Source of the DNA: an uncultured virus (IMG/VR IMGVR_UViG_3300005336_000020)
Taxonomy: Duplodnaviria > Heunggongvirae > Uroviricota > Caudoviricetes
DNA: 20,000 nt
Reading direction: 5' to 3' (one strand)
IMG/VR virus record: IMGVR_UViG_3300005336_000020
Shown here: positions 16,701-20,000 of the stretch, in pieces
Layout of the letters: every line of letters starts with the position of its first letter
How positions within the stretch are numbered: the first letter of the stretch is position 1
Translations under genes and position numbers: made by a program
Notes under the pieces: model-generated
Database searches by the model: none
Seen by the model: the letters and a program-made list of their open reading frames with translations, nothing else
What the model was told of the DNA's origin: nothing

Positions 16701-17314
16701 TCGATGGCCAGGGGGTTGCCCGGGTTCACCGAGATGTCGCCACCGGAGGTGATGCCAGTGTCGAGACCGCCGTCCACGCCGGAGGGACCGGCGGGGCCCA
16801 CGAGGGAGGCCAGCCACTCCTCCTCGGTGCCGACGAAGCCGTTGTCGACCGCGACCTGATAGGCGGATTCGCCGTCCTGCCCATCGGCGCCCGGGGTGCC
16901 AGGTGCGCCTGGAGCGCCGGGACTGCCGGGTGGCCCGGGGACGGGTACGTAGTCGACGCCACAGATGTCCACCGAGAGGATGTCGGTGATGTCAAGGGCG
17001 CCGGTTCCCCCCGGGAGGGCGAAGACGCTCTCTTCCCAGTCGCCACCGACGAACTGCCGCAGGCGCCACATGCGGCCGTCGGCCGGGAGGACTCCGGCCG
17101 CATCGGTGCAGACGAGGTCTTCCGAGAAGTGACCGTTCTCGTCGAGCGTGACCTTTCCGCCGCCGAGGAGAATCTGATTCCCTTCCTGATCCGTCCAGCG
17201 GGCCGGAACAGGTTCGAAAATCACGTAGTTGGATCCGTCGCTTCCGTCATACGGCTCACCATTGACCGGATTGACGTAAGTGCCGGTGACGGTACGTTCG
17301 GTCGGCAGCGCCAT
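10793..17314 (-). CDS. Giant tail-fibre/tailspike-like protein (2173 aa) with collagen-like segment, 50-aa repeats and three parallel beta-helix (pectate-lyase-like) modules
   Basis: N-terminal phage minor-tail-like domain; GPPGSPGAPGAPG collagen; SAYQVAVDNGFVGTEEEWLASLVG; GVVGDGTTDDAPAI and two AD(F/Y)(I/V)C.GT.D...IQ.A(V/I)D beta-helix caps; Asn/Gly-rich coils. Confidence 0.85.
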   Translation of the reverse strand: MALPTERTVTGTYVNPVNGEPYDGSDGSNYVIFEPVPARWTDQEGNQILLGGGKVTLDENGHFSEDLVCTDAAGVLPADGRMWRLRQFVGGDWEESVFALPGGTGALDITDILSVDICGVDYVPVPGPPGSPGAPGAPGTPGADGQDGESAYQVAVDNGFVGTEEEWLASLVGPAGPSGVDGGLDTGITSGGDISVNPGNPLAIDINPLSGRIVDYLTNPPTITPVESTSVITVELDSVAQTRDITWFVMDADLNVYQQENRPTPEDRRTFIVLGMAAQDNGSIFLAQSIPTISGNPVNQLYDLMDAIGAFGISGNDVSPNGANLMLNVGAGQVFSRGWNHFDGSTETNNPHITNTVGASPASWTNVLRDSDLEHVLSSTVVDVGNYDNNGSLTAVPGGEYVVHQLWMFPTNEGSEVHVLQYGQQTYASLDDAVSAAGKEAFATNPALPGNAINLGFLATSGSSTDLSDATQALFIKAGKFGSGPGGGAAVDLSGYAQLSGAEFTGTVSSLRAADDDVAQSSRTPVNTNDLWRRLTDGEMQWGSGSGSMDTFLKRLGVGLLALINSDFLIGQEDAKSYRFRQSGAALDLDASGADLFVSVFELVNFLGEQWTYLRLESGEFTAHASGKWLFGANPDDTSVHTIDGLNNLLGFFGATAVGRQTVSGERTTGGALQSLLDGLEALGLITDTSTAGEPVVETVNGESGPDVTLSAADVGAIDTTEKGIASGVATLGLDGKVPSGQLPTAPVTSVNGETGAVSLSAADVGAIDSDEKGANNGVATLDNTGKVPSAQLPTAPVTSVNGETGAVSLSAADVGALDQATADDLYMAQDSLWINGVDHGVVGDGTTDDAPAINTILSTSPAGSVIVLPARTYATDEPIVVPPGKTLMGLRSDLMTVTDLYEPNVQIKPLATFTGVAAIRFLDATDGGYTDISGEQRILNLTLDGSNVAAGVDGIQAKGNVQNVALRDVTIRRFPNSGIYCGLQGGVAPYSWRMHRVMLDNNHAHGFFGERMVDLTAVDCQSIGNWSNGWMLQNAANSQMLGCRAEWNGNHGFYLSGDWGNGAGSGGMLMSGCSTDRNGFNGVYLDCTGTPPIVISNLMTRRDGRNGGTGGGGYAGLATNGATTPVIIGDWTNFPGVDDGGASTNSPQYGGSFTDTPFVQIDNAYLHAATGGIFDAGDNGEIRLGSNITYAIGTTSTFTRSRAISGEVTVAAADSASKDDADFICTGTDDHLVIQQAVDLVDGVPGKGRIRLLDGTFNLGATINWPDGVGLGLVGSGWGTVLKLAAGVDDNAITFSGGETRSTFSDFTIDGNHTNQTTGPSGGIWAIGAVECVFQRIHFTACKSTGLVLGAITGPAFGHNNIVTHCLFDNANTSTLEGNAIYMTSNDENFIVACDFQFLGGSGAVMGMIHDSAGTQTILGCNFVNGGNSRPAIRVQDAAATKIIGCNFDGVAGDAIFLAAQNCVVEGNTIFGIGAVGTAGAYTGIHLEYAATGNLISGNSLTSHTTNGAAHSLIREESVGDSGSNLILGNMLITKGTLAVAALDINAPGTMARDNMGGGAKGDVAPALRTNAGAISDATFAPLVPSDGMMGVDTTNKRLYTRISGTWSYVPVTSRALAGALYVAASDAPAADKAMADYVCDGTADEVQIQAAIDAVQATGGGVVLLSPGTFNVAATVEINGTIDEDNAKTVTLRGCGQQATYLNAASNVVAVTISDWAQVHLDSFCIFIAGSGIGIKSIGVNDVGDNNTISFWHSSFRNLRINGAFNASYTTWGMELGMPWRSTFENIEVEGCRNGIKIINNSTVQNAGDCVFSRFFVEIVGTGGYALYFDSQANNMNQNIWHMFEAGANSTGCTGIYVGGTDPTASQRFYGLNLEQFQTGINVANGESNEFYCNYVTGDSGQAGNKMFVCASNSYNNLFQAKWVNVESSGTLQIIEDLNTTSAAPNIFERIRIENNTGGTVTYTKSSSTVFRDITTFNTGNAMPAGLLQYPLSVVNNPTFAPADHNLITWTQDPATIADAFPLNTGVVYLSKVKIVNRSTVVSNILYGVTTAGTSLTSGQNFVGLYNSSGTRLAVSADQTTNFGSQGLKTAALTAAQTLAVGDYYVAFLSVGTGTQPSVAASGGVSSAINAGLTTATSRFLTSGTGQTALPSSITLSSGSQNTGSRWAALS
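14868..15225 (-). repeat. Intragenic tandem repeat, 150-nt (50-aa) period, about 2.4 copies
   Basis: V.(S/T)VNGE.G..V.LSAADVGA x3 and EKG...GVATL...GKVPS.QLPTAP x2. DNA copies start at 14868, 15018 and 15168 with synonymous divergence. Confidence 0.8.
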
Positions 17315-17380
17315 GGTCAGCCTTTCTCTCGTCTGGGAGCAGAGTAATCAGGAATTACGACGAGCGCCGAAGCGATTGGA

Positions 17381-20000
17381 TCACGGGCCCACGGCGGCCC
17401 ACGGACCGGCGAAGTCCGTACCCGTATTGATCTCGCGAACGAGTGGGGACGGGAGCGCGGTACGACCGGATCCGTTCTTGGCGAAGCGCATCGTGGTGGC
17501 GGTCAGGCCCACGTTCGCTGCCCCTTCCACGCCGGTCCAGCCGGAGCCGCGAGTCAACGTCGGCGGGACGGATGCGTTGAAGAGGAGGGCGATCCAGTAG
17601 AAGGATCCGGCCGTGAGGGACTGGCTGGTGATGGTGGTCGTCTTCAGACCGGCCGAGGAGATGGCCGAGTCGACCCCGGTCGAGGCCAGCAGTGTTCCGG
17701 CCGAGGAGTAGAGGCCGACCCAGTTCTGCCCAGCCACGGCGCCGGACCCCGTGTTGCCGATCCACCAGTAGAGCTTCGTGACGCTGGCGGCTGCCGCGAC
17801 GTCCACCCGCACCAGGTACAGAACTCCGTTGGCCATCTCGGAGGAGTTCACGGCCAGTGCCGGGTCGTAACACCAGGCGGTCAGCCCCTGTGTGGCGGCG
17901 CGGGCGGGCTCGGCGCCGATCGCCCCCGGGGTGATGGGGTCCGTGCTGCTGGCGGCGTGGCTGGCGGCATGGGTCATCGGGGTATCCGCGTACCAGCCCC
18001 ACGTGCTGCCGTTGTACAGGGCCCTGACGCGGAGCGTGTGACCGGAGGGGACGGCCACGGTGGTGGCCCCGGTCGCACTGGAAACGTAGACGTTCTGGCT
18101 GCCGGTCGTCGCAACGGTGAGCGTGTTGCCGCCAATGCTCTTGAAGGTGTACTCGACGGGGCAGAACGAGGCATCCGGCAGGGTGCCGGTGAAGCCCCCG
18201 CTGGTGGTGTCGCAGATCAGGATACGGTCGATCGGCGAGCAGGTGAACGAGCTGGTCTTCCGCTTGACCGCAGCCGGAACCTGACCGTTGACGACTTCGA
18301 TGCCGGTCGGGGCGGAGGTGGATACGCCCGATTCAGTGAAGAGGCCCGTCAGCCGGATCCGGCCGAGAGCCGCGTTCAGTGCTCCGTTCGAGTTGCCCGC
18401 GATGTTGGGGGTGCTGTTCTCCGTGCTGAGCTGGTCGACATCGACGATCGGGCCCACGCCGGAGGATCCAGCTCCGATGATGTACACCTCGTTCGTGCAC
18501 GCCTCGATACTCGCGGAGATCACCTTCATGGCATGGACGCTGCCGACCGACCCGGCGTAGTTGCCGACCGGGCACAGCCCGGCCCAGCAGTACAGGGCCA
18601 TGTACCGCTCGACGACAGTGTGCTCGGTGAGGAACATCGCGTAGGTGTAACCGCCGCCGCAGGAGACGTTCCGGGCGATCGAGTGATCGTTGTTTCCGGG
18701 GGCCGGAAGGAGCAGGCCGACGCTGAGGCCGGTACCGAAGGTGCCCGGGGAGGTGTAGTCGGTCGAGGAACCCGCAACGGTGCCCGCCGTGCCGAATCCC
18801 AGGTTGTCGACGTAGGCGTTGGCACAGCCCCACAAGTTGGCCGCACCGTAGGTGAGCCCGTAGGCGCTGTGGGCCGTCAGGATGGCGAGGTTCTTCAGAC
18901 CCGCCATGATGTTGGAGTAGCGGGCCGAGGCGCCGTAGGCGAGGCCGTTCGACGTTCCCTCGTTGGGTCCGCTGATGACGCCGGGGTTTCCGTTGGCGTT
19001 GATGTTCGTGGTCTGGGCCGAGGTCGAGGAGAAAAGCCCGAGGGAGAGCAGGCAGGATCCCGAGTACTGGGGGACGACCTGCTCCCAGTGCCTGACCGCT
19101 GCGGCACCGTCTCCTTCTCCACGGAATTCGAGGATCTTCTTGACACCCGAGGTCGGGTACACGCCGAAGACGATCTGCCCGTTGCCCGACTTGCTGGTGT
19201 TCAGCGCACCGGCCAGCACGTAGGCGCGCGGCGGGAAGTAGACGGCGGCATAGGTGTGGCTGGTCAGATACGACTCGGCCGCGTCGACCGCTGCCTGGAT
19301 CGCGGCCGTGTCGTCGGTGCCCCAGATGACGACCGCGTTCGTCAGGGATACGCCGGAGGCGTTGGAGGCGGCGAGCGTCACGCTGGTGGCCGAGTTCACC
19401 GTGGAGATGGTGGTGACCAGCGTGGTCACGCCGGTTGCCGCCGCTCCCTTGACCGAGATCGCCTTGCCCTGGTCCTCGGCCGTGAAGCTGGCGGTCGCAC
19501 TGGTGAGGGTCGCACTGCCGCTGGCCATGGCGCCGTCGCCCACCACCTTGCCGTCCCCGGCCGCTCCGTATGCGCTGTCGGTGACATCGAAGATCCACGG
19601 GTAGGACGAGTTGACCGAGGTCCAGGAAGCGGTGACCGCATCGAGGGCAACCAGCGCATCGCCCGCCGAGGGGGCACCGGAGATCTCGACACCCGCGACC
19701 TTGGCCACCGAGGGGTTCGGGTAGGTGCCGTCCAGGTCGCCGCCTGCCGGACCGGTGGGGGTGCGCGCGTTGGTGGTGGTCGGGTCGTCCGACTTCAGGG
19801 CGATGGTCGGCCCGTCTCCGGCGTCACCGAGCGGCGGCTGGGGACCGGCGGGGCCTTCCGCCCCCTCGGGTCCGACCAGGGAGGCCAGCCACTGGGATTC
19901 CGTTCCGACGAATCCGTTGTCCACGGCCACGTCGTACGCCGACTCGCCGTCAGCGCCTGTCGACCCGGCGGGACCGGCGGGGCCTTCCGCTCCGGCCGGG
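17381..20000 (-). CDS. Second tail-fibre/tailspike-like protein (collagen repeats, beta-helix), start lies beyond the window
   Basis: Frame stays open past 19930 (PAGAEGPAGPAGSTGADGESAYDVAVDNG). YGAAGDG...GTDDTAAIQAAVD cap; C-terminal domain paralogous to that of 10793..17314. Confidence 0.85.
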   Translation of the reverse strand, partial: PAGAEGPAGPAGSTGADGESAYDVAVDNGFVGTESQWLASLVGPEGAEGPAGPQPPLGDAGDGPTIALKSDDPTTTNARTPTGPAGGDLDGTYPNPSVAKVAGVEISGAPSAGDALVALDAVTASWTSVNSSYPWIFDVTDSAYGAAGDGKVVGDGAMASGSATLTSATASFTAEDQGKAISVKGAAATGVTTLVTTISTVNSATSVTLAASNASGVSLTNAVVIWGTDDTAAIQAAVDAAESYLTSHTYAAVYFPPRAYVLAGALNTSKSGNGQIVFGVYPTSGVKKILEFRGEGDGAAAVRHWEQVVPQYSGSCLLSLGLFSSTSAQTTNINANGNPGVISGPNEGTSNGLAYGASARYSNIMAGLKNLAILTAHSAYGLTYGAANLWGCANAYVDNLGFGTAGTVAGSSTDYTSPGTFGTGLSVGLLLPAPGNNDHSIARNVSCGGGYTYAMFLTEHTVVERYMALYCWAGLCPVGNYAGSVGSVHAMKVISASIEACTNEVYIIGAGSSGVGPIVDVDQLSTENSTPNIAGNSNGALNAALGRIRLTGLFTESGVSTSAPTGIEVVNGQVPAAVKRKTSSFTCSPIDRILICDTTSGGFTGTLPDASFCPVEYTFKSIGGNTLTVATTGSQNVYVSSATGATTVAVPSGHTLRVRALYNGSTWGWYADTPMTHAASHAASSTDPITPGAIGAEPARAATQGLTAWCYDPALAVNSSEMANGVLYLVRVDVAAAASVTKLYWWIGNTGSGAVAGQNWVGLYSSAGTLLASTGVDSAISSAGLKTTTITSQSLTAGSFYWIALLFNASVPPTLTRGSGWTGVEGAANVGLTATTMRFAKNGSGRTALPSPLVREINTGTDFAGPWAAVGP

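Larger units (their letters stand above)
1..20000. mobile_element. Segment of a large actinomycete phage/prophage or phage-plasmid
   Basis: Tail-fibre-like genes, many short co-oriented hypotheticals, tRNA cluster, HU, Ro60, FtsK/TraB-like and wHTH genes, and no syntenic housekeeping genes. Boundaries are not visible. Confidence 0.7.

Noticed and set aside
11294..17347. Plus-strand ORFs of 932, 422 and 428 aa (likewise 3025..3912, 3654..4574, 5567..6784, 6102..7181)
   Set aside because: Antisense shadows of real minus-strand genes, expected in high-GC DNA.

Overview
High-GC (about 70% by eye) actinomycete, Streptomyces-like, mobile DNA, most likely a large temperate phage/prophage or phage-plasmid. 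Almost all genes lie on the minus strand. The right half (10.8-20 kb) holds two paralogous tail-fibre/tailspike-like genes with collagen-like segments and beta-helix modules. The left half is an accessory region with a Ro60/Rsr (TROVE-vWA) gene preceded by a tandem array of three Y RNA (YrlA-like) elements that have their own promoter and terminator. It also has a TerF-type vWA gene and a second non-coding operon with one canonical tRNA-Ile(GAT) and two tRNA-like RNAs with expanded anticodon arms. Further genes encode an FtsK/TraB-like translocase, HU, a wHTH replication-initiator-like protein and many small hypotheticals. The most notable item is the RNA-centred module (Ro60, three modular Y RNAs, anticodon-altered tRNA mimics, vWA), possibly an RNA repair, decoy or counter-defence system. 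All calls come from reading the sequence by eye; no searches were run.
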